64,000 nt of DNA from positions 1,000,143 to 1,064,142 of the forward strand of contig JBJLJA010000003.1 in NCBI GenBank assembly GCA_045563495.1, given 5' to 3'. This stretch comes from Gammaproteobacteria bacterium (GTDB taxonomy: Bacteria; Pseudomonadota; Gammaproteobacteria; Magnimaribacterales; Magnimaribacteraceae). How positions within the stretch are numbered: the first letter of the stretch is position 1; each line of letters opens with the position of its first letter. The notes under the pieces were generated by a model. It ran no database searches and had not been told where the DNA came from. It worked only from the letters and a program-made list of their open reading frames with translations. This document shows, one piece after another, positions 9,296-17,757 of this stretch. The translations under genes were made by a program, and so were the position numbers.

Positions 9296-10108
9296 ATGGA
9301 TATTGAAGAAAAAAAATCCTTAACTTCGTCTTGGTTTAGAGAACTGAGAGATATGTTCTGTGAAGAATTTGCAGATATAGATGGTGGGAGTTTTGAAAGA
9401 AAGAACTGGGATCATAAATTTGAAGGGGGCGGAGAGATGAGCCTCATGAAAGGTGAAGTCTTTGAAAAGGTTGGTGTAAACATTTCTACGGTATCTGGAA
9501 AATTTGATAATGATTTTAAATCTGAAGTTAAGGGTACAGAGGAAGCGCCTAACTACTGGGCAAGTGGCATTAGTCTTGTGGCACACATGCAATCACCCAA
9601 AGTACCAGCATTTCACTTTAATACGAGATATATAGTCACTGGAGATTCTTGGTTTGGAGGTGGAGGAGATTTAACTCCAACAATTAAAAAAGAAGAAGAA
9701 ATTGAGTTTTTTCACAAATGCATGAAAGAAGCTTGTGATTCGGCTGATCCAGATTATTACGATAGATATAAAAAGGCTTGTGATGAATATTTCTATCTAC
9801 CCCACAGGTCAGAAGCCAGAGGTGAAGGTGGAATATTTATAGACCATTTAAAGACAGACGATTGGAATAAAGATTTTAGCTTTATAAGAGAAGTAGGTTT
9901 ATCCACCTTAAAGGCGATTACAACAATTATCAGAAATCTTAAGGATGAGGAATGGACTGAACAGGAAAAAGAGCAACAACTTATCAAAAGAGGTCGTTAT
10001 GTTGAGTTTAATTTGCTTTGGGATAGAGGAACTGCATTTGGCATAAAAACTGGGGGCAATTCGGATGCTATATTGATGTCTATGCCGCCTACTGCCAAAT
10101 GGGATTAG
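9296..10108 (+). CDS. hemF: Oxygen-dependent coproporphyrinogen-III oxidase
   Basis: 270 aa. GGGEMSLMKGEVFEKVGVN, WFGGGGDLTP, YKKACDEYFYLPHR, RGRYVEFNLLWDRGT.FG and ILMSMPP align closely with E. coli HemF. Confidence 0.95.
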   Translation: MDIEEKKSLTSSWFRELRDMFCEEFADIDGGSFERKNWDHKFEGGGEMSLMKGEVFEKVGVNISTVSGKFDNDFKSEVKGTEEAPNYWASGISLVAHMQSPKVPAFHFNTRYIVTGDSWFGGGGDLTPTIKKEEEIEFFHKCMKEACDSADPDYYDRYKKACDEYFYLPHRSEARGEGGIFIDHLKTDDWNKDFSFIREVGLSTLKAITTIIRNLKDEEWTEQEKEQQLIKRGRYVEFNLLWDRGTAFGIKTGGNSDAILMSMPPTAKWD

Positions 10109-10534
10109 ATGAATACCTACTTAATTTTTAAAACCATTCATATAATCTCGGTAATTACCTGGATGGCTGCCCTATTCTATCTTCCAAGACTATTCGTATA
10201 TCACTCAACCAAAGAAATAGGCTCAGACGCTTCTGAGACCTTCAAAGTGATGGAGTCTAAGTTACTAAAAGTCATTGCGAACCCGTCTCTCATTCTGGTT
10301 TGGATCTCTGGCCTAGCCCTTTTGAGCTACAAAGGTTTAGAAATTTGGCTAGTTCTAAAAATGTTTCTTGTGATGGGCATGACTCTTTTTCACTTTTATC
10401 TGAATTTTATCAGGGTAAGTTTTGAAGCCGATTCAAACACAAAATCGGAAAAGTTTTTTAGGGTTATAAATGAAATACCGACGGTACTGTTACTGATAAT
10501 AGTTGTGCTGGTTGTCTTTCAACCCAGATTTTAA
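10109..10534 (+). CDS. hemJ: Protoporphyrinogen IX oxidase, HemJ family (membrane)
   Basis: 141 aa, 4 predicted TM segments. The N-terminus FKTIHIISVITWMAALFYLPRLFVYH is the HemJ hallmark. It is the last gene of the heme operon. Confidence 0.8.
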   Translation: MNTYLIFKTIHIISVITWMAALFYLPRLFVYHSTKEIGSDASETFKVMESKLLKVIANPSLILVWISGLALLSYKGLEIWLVLKMFLVMGMTLFHFYLNFIRVSFEADSNTKSEKFFRVINEIPTVLLLIIVVLVVFQPRF

Positions 10535-11502
10535 AATTCTACAACTTGTCCAGGCCGTAAGACTCGAAAGAATTCTTCAGATAAACCCAGTTTGTTAAGG
10601 GATTGTTTTAAAAGTTCTGGAGGTTCCATGATCTCTTCGTCTGTTAATTGAAAAGTGCCCCAATGCATTCCAAAATTCTTTTTAGATTCAAGATCTAGAG
10701 CTACCTGAATTGCTTCAGGTGGATTTACGTGATTTGTTTTCATGAACCATCTGGGGGCATAAGCTCCTACAGGAATCAAACTAAGAGAAGGAGAGCCTAA
10801 TCGTTTTTTTGTTTCAATAAAATCACTGGAATATCCTGTATCTCCAGCGTGGTAGATAGACTCTGTTTTAAGTTCCATAAACCAACCGCCCCATAGGCTT
10901 TTATTTCTGTCAGCAATACCTCTTGCCGACCAATGTTGAACCGGAGTAAAAGTAAATTTTGATCCGTTAATGTCGATTTCTTCCCACCAAAGAAACTCTT
11001 TAACGTTCTCAATGCCTCTTCTTTCCAGTCTCCTCTTGTCTCCCTTGGGAACTAAGAATATAGCATTAGGATTTGCTTTATAGATCTTCTTGAGACTTCT
11101 TAAATCCAAATGATCATAGTGATTATGGCTAACTGTAATGACATCTATCTTCGGAAGCTTTTCTATAGGAATAGCCGGAGGGATTAGTCTTTTGGGTCCT
11201 GCAAATCTGACTGGAGAAGCTCTTTTTGAGAAAACAGGATCGGTAAGAATAGTTAACCCGTCTTTGTTAATAAGATAAGTTGCATGCCCAATCCAAACAA
11301 GATAATCGGAAGAGCTAGAATTCAGCTGCTTCCATTCATCAGAGGAATCAATCGCTACAAGTTCAGGTTTTTTATTTGTGAAGGACCATTTTAAAAAATC
11401 CTTAAAAGACTTCCCTGCAGCCTCTTCATCGGTATTTTTAAATCTCTCATTTGGCATTATTAAGGTTGAGAATAGCAATAATGGAAGAATAAATCTTTTC
11501 AT
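10531..11502 (-). CDS. Secreted MBL-fold metallo-hydrolase (NAPE-PLD-like family)
   Basis: 323 aa, N-terminal signal peptide. VSHNHYDHLD metal motif, GHATYLI and HAGDTGY. Confidence 0.7.
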   Translation of the reverse strand: MKRFILPLLLFSTLIMPNERFKNTDEEAAGKSFKDFLKWSFTNKKPELVAIDSSDEWKQLNSSSSDYLVWIGHATYLINKDGLTILTDPVFSKRASPVRFAGPKRLIPPAIPIEKLPKIDVITVSHNHYDHLDLRSLKKIYKANPNAIFLVPKGDKRRLERRGIENVKEFLWWEEIDINGSKFTFTPVQHWSARGIADRNKSLWGGWFMELKTESIYHAGDTGYSSDFIETKKRLGSPSLSLIPVGAYAPRWFMKTNHVNPPEAIQVALDLESKKNFGMHWGTFQLTDEEIMEPPELLKQSLNKLGLSEEFFRVLRPGQVVEF

Positions 11503-11512
11503 TAAGTTTATT

Positions 11513-12496
11513 CTATTTAGATAGAACTTTATCTATTTCAGTGATTTGTTGCTGTGTGAGTGGTCCCGCTGATTCGGCATCTAAACAGTCTAAAAGCTCT
11601 GCTCTATTTTTTACACCCAGTATTACAGATGACACTTTTTCGGCACTCAGAGCATATCTATGAGCAAGAACCGAAGGGTTGATTTCCCAATCAGAAGCTA
11701 ACCCCCTGAAGGGTTCTGCTCTATCGTAATCTTCAAAATCTTTTATATCAAAGCCCGATGGGTGTGGCTCTCTATCCATTTCTAAAGTTAATGCGCCAGC
11801 TTGAACTGCTCTAATTCCGAGTATTGGCACTCCAACTTTCTGACTTTCAGTGAGAATTTTTTGAGAATCGAAATCTTGATCAACATATCCTATGGCACCG
11901 GCTGAATTTAAAGGGTTAACAACACACTGAATAGCTTCAGGTTGAATATCATAATTTAAGACCTCAAGGATTGCTTGAGTTTGGCCTAACCCACCTATAC
12001 CCCAGCTACCGATCTTGCCTTCTTCTTTTAATTTTTCAAAAGCTGGTATAACTGCATTGTAATAACAAGAAAGTGAAGTTGTATTAGTCTCTCTATACTC
12101 ATTGAGTGTATAAAGCTGAAAATCATCCTGTCTTAACTGTGAATGGAGTAAAAAAAGATCAACCCTCTCCATATTAAGATTATCAAGGCTTTTATTAAGA
12201 GAAGAAATTAAGCGCTCATATACTTCGTCATCTGGTAACGTTCCTAATCTGCATTTTGTAGTAATTTTTACATTTCCTAAGTCCTTCCCTTTAAAAACCT
12301 CACCAACAACTCTCTCGGCCTCTCCCTTTCCATACATAGGTGCAACATCGAGGTGAGTTATACCTTTTTCAATGGCAAGATTCACAGTTGCAACTGCCTC
12401 TTCTCTTGTAGTCTCTCCCCAAACCTGACCCAGTCCCCCGCCACCCAAAGTCAAAGCGCTTACTGATTCAAAAGGTTTAAATTGCCTTTGTTGCAT
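11513..12496 (-). CDS. Aldo/keto reductase
   Basis: 327 aa. LGGGGLGQVWG, HLDVAPMYGKGEAE, DLFLLHS and GIGGLG motifs. Confidence 0.8.
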   Translation of the reverse strand: MQQRQFKPFESVSALTLGGGGLGQVWGETTREEAVATVNLAIEKGITHLDVAPMYGKGEAERVVGEVFKGKDLGNVKITTKCRLGTLPDDEVYERLISSLNKSLDNLNMERVDLFLLHSQLRQDDFQLYTLNEYRETNTTSLSCYYNAVIPAFEKLKEEGKIGSWGIGGLGQTQAILEVLNYDIQPEAIQCVVNPLNSAGAIGYVDQDFDSQKILTESQKVGVPILGIRAVQAGALTLEMDREPHPSGFDIKDFEDYDRAEPFRGLASDWEINPSVLAHRYALSAEKVSSVILGVKNRAELLDCLDAESAGPLTQQQITEIDKVLSK

Positions 12497-12498
12497 GA

Positions 12499-13512
12499 TT
12501 ATTTAGTTAATCCCATATCTTGTAATTGTTGGGCTGTTTCTGTTACTGATTGTTCTGTAGAAATGTAATCCCAGTTAAAAAAACTTTTCGCCTTTGTTTT
12601 GTCTATATCACCTTTTCTATTTAAAGCAGACAAAAGGCCTTTTAACTCCCCAACAAATAAGGACATTATTTTGACAAGAAAATTAGGCATTTCTTTGGTA
12701 GGCGACTTTTTGAATCCGGCTTCATTTAAAATTTTCCCCACCTCAGCAAAAAACATTTCATTTTCACTTACTATAATTCGTTCTCCGTTGGTTTTCTCTT
12801 CTGTCATTGAGAATATATGTGCCTTAGCAACATCTCTTACATCTATATAGCCCATATGTATCTTAGGGCACGCGGGCATAGATCCTGAAATTAGTTTAAG
12901 TAGAAAATCATTTGAACTACCAATATCACTAGTAAGCATTGGCCCAGTAACGGCAACCGGATTAATAACAGTAAGTTCAAATTTCTTAGATTCTTCCAAA
13001 TTCTCTACAAATTCCCACGCTGCCTTCTCGGCAAGAGTTTTGCTTTTTGCATAAGATGAAATCTCGCCATCTGTGCTAGACCAATCTTCTTCACTATAAA
13101 TTTGCTTTTCTCTAGAATGCCCATACCCCACAGCAGCGAAAGATGAAGTTAATACAACTTTTTGAACATCAGCATCCGCACATGCTTTTAAGACTCTGAG
13201 AGTACCTTCAACGGCAGGCTTTATGAATACATCTTCATTTTCTGGTTCGCCTAGAAAAAATGGAGAGGCAACATGTAAAACATATTTTGATCCCTCAACA
13301 GCTTCTTTCCACCCATCATCATTCAATAAATCTGCAATAAAGAATTCTAAGTTTTCACAATTAGAAGAATGCTTTTTCATGGCATCCATCACTTCTTGTT
13401 TCCTGGATTCTGATCTTATAGTAGTCCTAACTTTGTATCCTTTATCAAGCAACTGTTGAAGACAATGAAGTCCTATAAACCCGGTTCCGCCTGTCACTAA
13501 AACTGTTTCCAT
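12499..13512 (-). CDS. NAD(P)-dependent extended SDR, aldehyde/cinnamoyl-CoA/dihydroflavonol reductase-like
   Basis: 337 aa. VTGGTGFIG Rossmann motif, YAKSK (YxxxK). The overall pattern resembles DFR/CCR-like carbonyl reductases. Confidence 0.75.
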   Translation of the reverse strand: METVLVTGGTGFIGLHCLQQLLDKGYKVRTTIRSESRKQEVMDAMKKHSSNCENLEFFIADLLNDDGWKEAVEGSKYVLHVASPFFLGEPENEDVFIKPAVEGTLRVLKACADADVQKVVLTSSFAAVGYGHSREKQIYSEEDWSSTDGEISSYAKSKTLAEKAAWEFVENLEESKKFELTVINPVAVTGPMLTSDIGSSNDFLLKLISGSMPACPKIHMGYIDVRDVAKAHIFSMTEEKTNGERIIVSENEMFFAEVGKILNEAGFKKSPTKEMPNFLVKIMSLFVGELKGLLSALNRKGDIDKTKAKSFFNWDYISTEQSVTETAQQLQDMGLTK

Positions 13513-13562
13513 TAATTCTCTCCTATTGTTTGGATTATTAAATTCAATACTTTATATTTTGT

Positions 13563-14450
13563 TCATGAAACCATACGCTTAAAAGCATTTGGATGTTTGT
13601 CTATAAATTGGTGTTTTAGAGCACCTAAGATATGAGCCCCTAAAACGATATAAAGAAGATAAGGTAGAAGGTACTTATGAAAACCGCCCCAAACTTTATA
13701 AATATCACTTTCTTCCCATAACGGCTGTATCTCCAAGAAAAAGAAATAAGTTTCCTTACCATGATAACTAGTCATCATAAAACCCGTAATTGGTATAGCC
13801 AGCATCATAAAATAAAGCGTATTGTGGGCCCTATGGGCAAGCTTTTCTTCTCTGGTTGTCAGAGCATTGTCTAGGGAAGGACGTTGAGATAATTTATTCC
13901 AGACTAATCTAACTAAAACCAATAAAAAGATAGTTACTCCTAAGCTCTTATGTACAACATAGTAAGCATTCCTATAGTCCGCATCTTCAGGGATCATAGA
14001 AGTAAAAATTCCCATCGGGATTAAAGCTATAAATAGAATAGCTATTGTCCAATGAAGCATACGAGACACTCTACCGTAACGATTATCTTCATTCCTTGCT
14101 GTTAAAACTAATACAGAAGAATTTAGTCTTTGCCGGTTGGCGACATACAGAAGAAACAAGCCTGTTAGTAAGGCAGTTACTGATTGGATCCATAATAAAG
14201 AAGGCTTCGCTGAGTCAAGTGGGGTTTGATTTGGTTTGGGGTCTTCCAGTACACCGGAGTTGATAATAAATAAAAAAAACCAGGCAGCGACTATCAAACA
14301 ACCTAGTCCGGCGAGAACCGTTCCAAATACCCTGACGTGCGGCGAACTATAATTTAATGCCCATGAGGTTAAGACAGATAAAATAACAATGCCCATAGAA
14401 ACCCACGCGCCTGGATTGGTAGCATAAAGACTCAAAGCGATTTCGTTCAT
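13563..14450 (-). CDS. Cytochrome b561 (CybB-like) with a ~120-aa N-terminal multi-TM extension
   Basis: 295 aa. The C-terminal ~170 aa (RMLHWTIAILFI...HKSLG...HNTLYFMMLAIPITG...HILGALKH) have the four-helix, His-ligand pattern of the bacterial cytochrome b561 family. The N-terminal part is 3-4 extra hydrophobic helices. Confidence 0.65.
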   Translation of the reverse strand: MNEIALSLYATNPGAWVSMGIVILSVLTSWALNYSSPHVRVFGTVLAGLGCLIVAAWFFLFIINSGVLEDPKPNQTPLDSAKPSLLWIQSVTALLTGLFLLYVANRQRLNSSVLVLTARNEDNRYGRVSRMLHWTIAILFIALIPMGIFTSMIPEDADYRNAYYVVHKSLGVTIFLLVLVRLVWNKLSQRPSLDNALTTREEKLAHRAHNTLYFMMLAIPITGFMMTSYHGKETYFFFLEIQPLWEESDIYKVWGGFHKYLLPYLLYIVLGAHILGALKHQFIDKHPNAFKRMVS

Positions 14451-14481
14451 ATAATAAATTTAAAAAATAATTAAAAGCTTT

Positions 14482-14967
14482 CTAAACAGCCTGTCTCTTT
14501 AACCAAATCATTTGAGCAATAATGCCTACTACATAAATAATGAGGAAAGCTAGGTGGAAGTTCAGTAATAAAGGATCTTCAAAAGAGTCTATGAACGTAT
14601 CCCCTACTGGCAGTCTTCTAAGAAAATCTGTAATGGCTGGAATCATGTGAAAAAGCAATGTAGAGGTATAACCCAATGCTTGAAAGTACTTTGAAAAGGA
14701 TCCAAACCATTTATAACGCTCCATGATATATCCATCTGCAAGAGCCATAAGAGTAAGGACAGCCAATATATGTGCTACACCGAAACCACCTTGGTTATAA
14801 ATACCCAGCGCAGATCCAGCTACCAGCAAAGTCACTAAAATATAGAATTTTCCTGAGCTTACATCGTATGAGATAACGCGATACTTATATAAGGTATAAA
14901 ACCCACTCAACACAGCCAATACTCCCAAGATAGTATGAAACCACCCCAATAATGTCATCTCTGGCAT
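14482..14967 (-). CDS. Integral membrane protein, unknown function (about 5 TM)
   Basis: 161 aa, strongly hydrophobic. No motif recognised. Operon-like spacing with its neighbours (23 and 31 nt). Confidence 0.5.
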   Translation of the reverse strand: MPEMTLLGWFHTILGVLAVLSGFYTLYKYRVISYDVSSGKFYILVTLLVAGSALGIYNQGGFGVAHILAVLTLMALADGYIMERYKWFGSFSKYFQALGYTSTLLFHMIPAITDFLRRLPVGDTFIDSFEDPLLLNFHLAFLIIYVVGIIAQMIWLKRQAV

Positions 14968-14990
14968 TTTTTATTCTCCCCTTTTATTGT

Positions 14991-16370
14991 CTAAATTTTT
15001 GCCCATTCCCCATGGAATCCATATGGAACTCTCTGAGGTAAGTGAACTGTTGCCAATGGGCCTGATTTTGGTTCTTTGGCATTTAGAATCATTAAATCAC
15101 TTTTATCAGTTTGTTGATTATAGACAAGTGATAATAAATAACCTTCATCTTCTGACTGAGCACCTTCCGCAGCTACAAATACAGGCTCAGCACCAAATTT
15201 TCCTGATCCATATTCATAAACTTCAGATGTATTATTATTAAAGTCATACTTAACAATTTCCTTAAAATCAGGCTGGGATGTATTGGAAGATGCTAGCGCA
15301 TAACCATATTGATTAGACTTACCAACAAAGCTTGGATGAATTCTCGGAAACTCAACAGCTCTATCATCCAACTGTGATTTTGTGGCGAGGCCAGAAGATG
15401 TATTTAACTCCCAACGAGTAAGTTGCGGTGGAGATTCAGTAAAGGGTCCATTCCAGTCAGTATCAAATAATCTGTCATAAGCTGCTGCAGTCACTATGAC
15501 ATTGCCGCTTGAATCTTCGTGAGCATTAAATGTATGAAAGAAATACGTACTATCTATCTCAAACCACTTAACTTCATTTGAATCTCCATTTCTGTCCAAC
15601 AAGCCTATCCTTGCAGAATGATTATCATCCCAAGAAAAAGGGAAATAGCCTCTACCGAGTTTGTATAAATCGAAAGCTACAGAGAGATCAAATACCAGCA
15701 TATAGTTTTTAGTAATAGCGCATTCATGCAGCATAGATCTAGATTCAAAAGGTATTGATTGAGTTTTTTTGTGTAATCCCTTTTCATCGACTACCACGTA
15801 ATCAATAGTGTCAAAATTATTTGCGTAGTCATAACACATGGCATGCATCTCATTTGTGTCAGGATCTATCTTAGGGTGAGCGGTAAAGCCTGCGTTTCTA
15901 TCACCGTAAAATGGCTTTGTGTTTAGCGAGTTAAGCTCCTGATCAATTTCTACAGGATAACCACCGGCTTCGACAATGGCATAAATCTTTCCTGAATGGG
16001 AAATGACACTCGTGTTTGCTACAGAATCATTACCATCTACTAGCTTATTTTTGTACCAGAGAGCATTTCCAGAATCCAATCTAATTCCATGAAGCATCCC
16101 TTCTCCCAAAAACCAATGATGTTTTTTCTCGTTGACTGGGGACATTGGATTTGGACCATTTCTAAGCAAAAGACCTGATAGGTCTTTAGGGATCTGACCT
16201 GTTACCTTAAGATCTGTTTCGGAAATTATATTATTAACAGGTGCATAGTTCCCCTGTAAGTAATAATTCTTTTTAGTCGAAATGCCTGACATATCTACTC
16301 CTATTCCAGCTACAGCTAAGCCACCAAGACTTAAGCCTGAGACTTTTAAAAACTTCCTTCTATTCATCAC
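14991..16370 (-). CDS. Carotenoid/stilbene cleavage dioxygenase family (RPE65/CCD) with Tat signal
   Basis: 459 aa. Twin-arginine leader MMNRRKFLKVSGLSLGGLAVAG. YAPV..E, LLRNGPNP and the four iron-ligand His contexts FTAHPKIDP, MLHECAIT, FFHTFNAHE and YGFHGEW. Confidence 0.85.
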   Translation of the reverse strand: MMNRRKFLKVSGLSLGGLAVAGIGVDMSGISTKKNYYLQGNYAPVNNIISETDLKVTGQIPKDLSGLLLRNGPNPMSPVNEKKHHWFLGEGMLHGIRLDSGNALWYKNKLVDGNDSVANTSVISHSGKIYAIVEAGGYPVEIDQELNSLNTKPFYGDRNAGFTAHPKIDPDTNEMHAMCYDYANNFDTIDYVVVDEKGLHKKTQSIPFESRSMLHECAITKNYMLVFDLSVAFDLYKLGRGYFPFSWDDNHSARIGLLDRNGDSNEVKWFEIDSTYFFHTFNAHEDSSGNVIVTAAAYDRLFDTDWNGPFTESPPQLTRWELNTSSGLATKSQLDDRAVEFPRIHPSFVGKSNQYGYALASSNTSQPDFKEIVKYDFNNNTSEVYEYGSGKFGAEPVFVAAEGAQSEDEGYLLSLVYNQQTDKSDLMILNAKEPKSGPLATVHLPQRVPYGFHGEWAKI

Positions 16371-16483
16371 ACAGTATGATTGTGGAAAAACTAATTATAA
16401 CAGATAAATATTTTTGTAACCTTTACTTCTCAAATATTTAGTGTTAAGTTTACGTTACATATACAAATTTTATAGGAAAAATT

Positions 16484-16876
16484 ATGGACCCATCAATAAT
16501 ACCACTTGCAGGAATATCCGTTGGCATCATTGTGCCCTTGGCCGTCTTCTTTTGGCTATATCATGAAGCAAAAAATAAAAATGAAACTATTTTAGAGATA
16601 TCAAAAAACCTTGATGATCCTATTAAGCTTGAGCGTCTATTAAGAATCTTTGATGAAAGAAAAAAAGAGCCTGTTGACTATCGCAGGGGCGGTCTAATAA
16701 CTATTTTTGTTGGTGTTGGAGTTTATTTCCTAGGTCTCTTTGCTATGGGGTCTTTTTTTGAAGGAGTTGGATTGTTAGTTGGCTTTATAGGCATTGGAAC
16801 TATGGCTGCTGGCTATATCTATCCAAATACTAGCGAAGAAATTACTAAAGTGGTTGAGGACTTTGAAGAAAGATAA
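16484..16876 (+). CDS. Small membrane protein (1 N-terminal TM, charged helix, 2 C-terminal TM)
   Basis: 130 aa. The architecture can be read from the hydrophobicity. No catalytic motif. Confidence 0.5.
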   Translation: MDPSIIPLAGISVGIIVPLAVFFWLYHEAKNKNETILEISKNLDDPIKLERLLRIFDERKKEPVDYRRGGLITIFVGVGVYFLGLFAMGSFFEGVGLLVGFIGIGTMAAGYIYPNTSEEITKVVEDFEER

Positions 16877-16886
16877 AGAGATAAAA

Positions 16887-17039
16887 ATGATAAAAATTAT
16901 GGTTACACAATCTATCCTATGGGCAACGGCCATATTGCTGTCAGTCATTAACTCTGAAGCAAGTTGGTGGCTAATTGGTTTCTTAGCTGTAATGGCAATA
17001 GGCACATTAAGAGCAGAAATAAATAAGATTACAAATTAG
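16887..17039 (+). CDS. Very small membrane protein (50 aa, 2 TM)
   Basis: The track ORF 16794..17039 overlaps the preceding gene. The internal ATG at 16887 (MIKIMVTQSILWATAILL...) gives a non-overlapping 50-aa hydrophobic peptide, followed 2 nt later by the next gene. Confidence 0.4.
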   Translation: MIKIMVTQSILWATAILLSVINSEASWWLIGFLAVMAIGTLRAEINKITN

Positions 17040-17041
17040 AG

Positions 17042-17485
17042 ATGACGTATTTTAAAAGATTTTTAATAGTTTCAACTTGTGGTTTGGCTCAAATATTCTT
17101 TGCTTCATATTTGTTACTAGATTTATTTAACCTTAATTTCTTTGGCCTACCTTCGAATGCTATGTTTATTCCAGGAGTACTCATTATTCTTGGTTCAGGA
17201 TATCTCTGTGCTTCATATTATTTTGGGGATAAGAAAATGAATAATATTTTGTATGATGAATATTCAGCCTTGAGGTATTACAAACTCGGTGCAATTGGCT
17301 TCGGTCTAAATGGCTTTGGGATTTTCGTTATTTTTTCTATACAAGATTGGTATAACTGGGACTTGGCCAGCGCCAACGCGATGATCTATCAAATAGCAGC
17401 TCTTGCTTGGGCAATATTTGGTATTTTAATGTTAATTTTTTCTTGGGGAGATTTAAAAGAATACAAGGCAGAAGCTGCATTTTAA
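17042..17485 (+). CDS. Membrane protein (4 TM), unknown function
   Basis: 147 aa, four hydrophobic segments. It sits directly upstream of a mini-HTH gene, an arrangement I recall for DUF2975-like membrane proteins. That is memory only and not verified. Confidence 0.5.
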   Translation: MTYFKRFLIVSTCGLAQIFFASYLLLDLFNLNFFGLPSNAMFIPGVLIILGSGYLCASYYFGDKKMNNILYDEYSALRYYKLGAIGFGLNGFGIFVIFSIQDWYNWDLASANAMIYQIAALAWAIFGILMLIFSWGDLKEYKAEAAF

Positions 17486-17496
17486 ATGGATTTTTC

Positions 17497-17709
17497 ATGG
17501 GCAAACACCACCAAAACCTTTTAAATAACCTTGAAGAACTCAGGAAGGCTGCTGGATTAACACAGCAAGAACTCTCTGAAAGCGCAGAGGTTTCAAGAAA
17601 AAGCATCAATGCAATAGAAAATGGTGTTTATGTCCCCTCAACTGTCTTAGCATTAAAAATTGCTAAGACTCTTAATTGTTCGGTTGAAGGTCTGTTTAAA
17701 TTACCCTAA
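17497..17709 (+). CDS. XRE-family mini helix-turn-helix transcriptional regulator (~70 aa)
   Basis: The track ORF starts at 17407 and overlaps the previous gene. The ATG at 17497 gives MGKHHQNLLNNLEELRKAAGLTQQELSESAEVSRKSINAIENGVYVPSTVLALKIAKTLNCSVEGLF, a canonical HTH_3 pattern (sQxeLAxxxgvSrxxIxxiExG). Confidence 0.8.
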   Translation: MGKHHQNLLNNLEELRKAAGLTQQELSESAEVSRKSINAIENGVYVPSTVLALKIAKTLNCSVEGLFKLP

Positions 17710-17757
17710 TCCAAGAAATTGAAGTAATCATTTTATTCATGCTAACATCTTGTTGGT

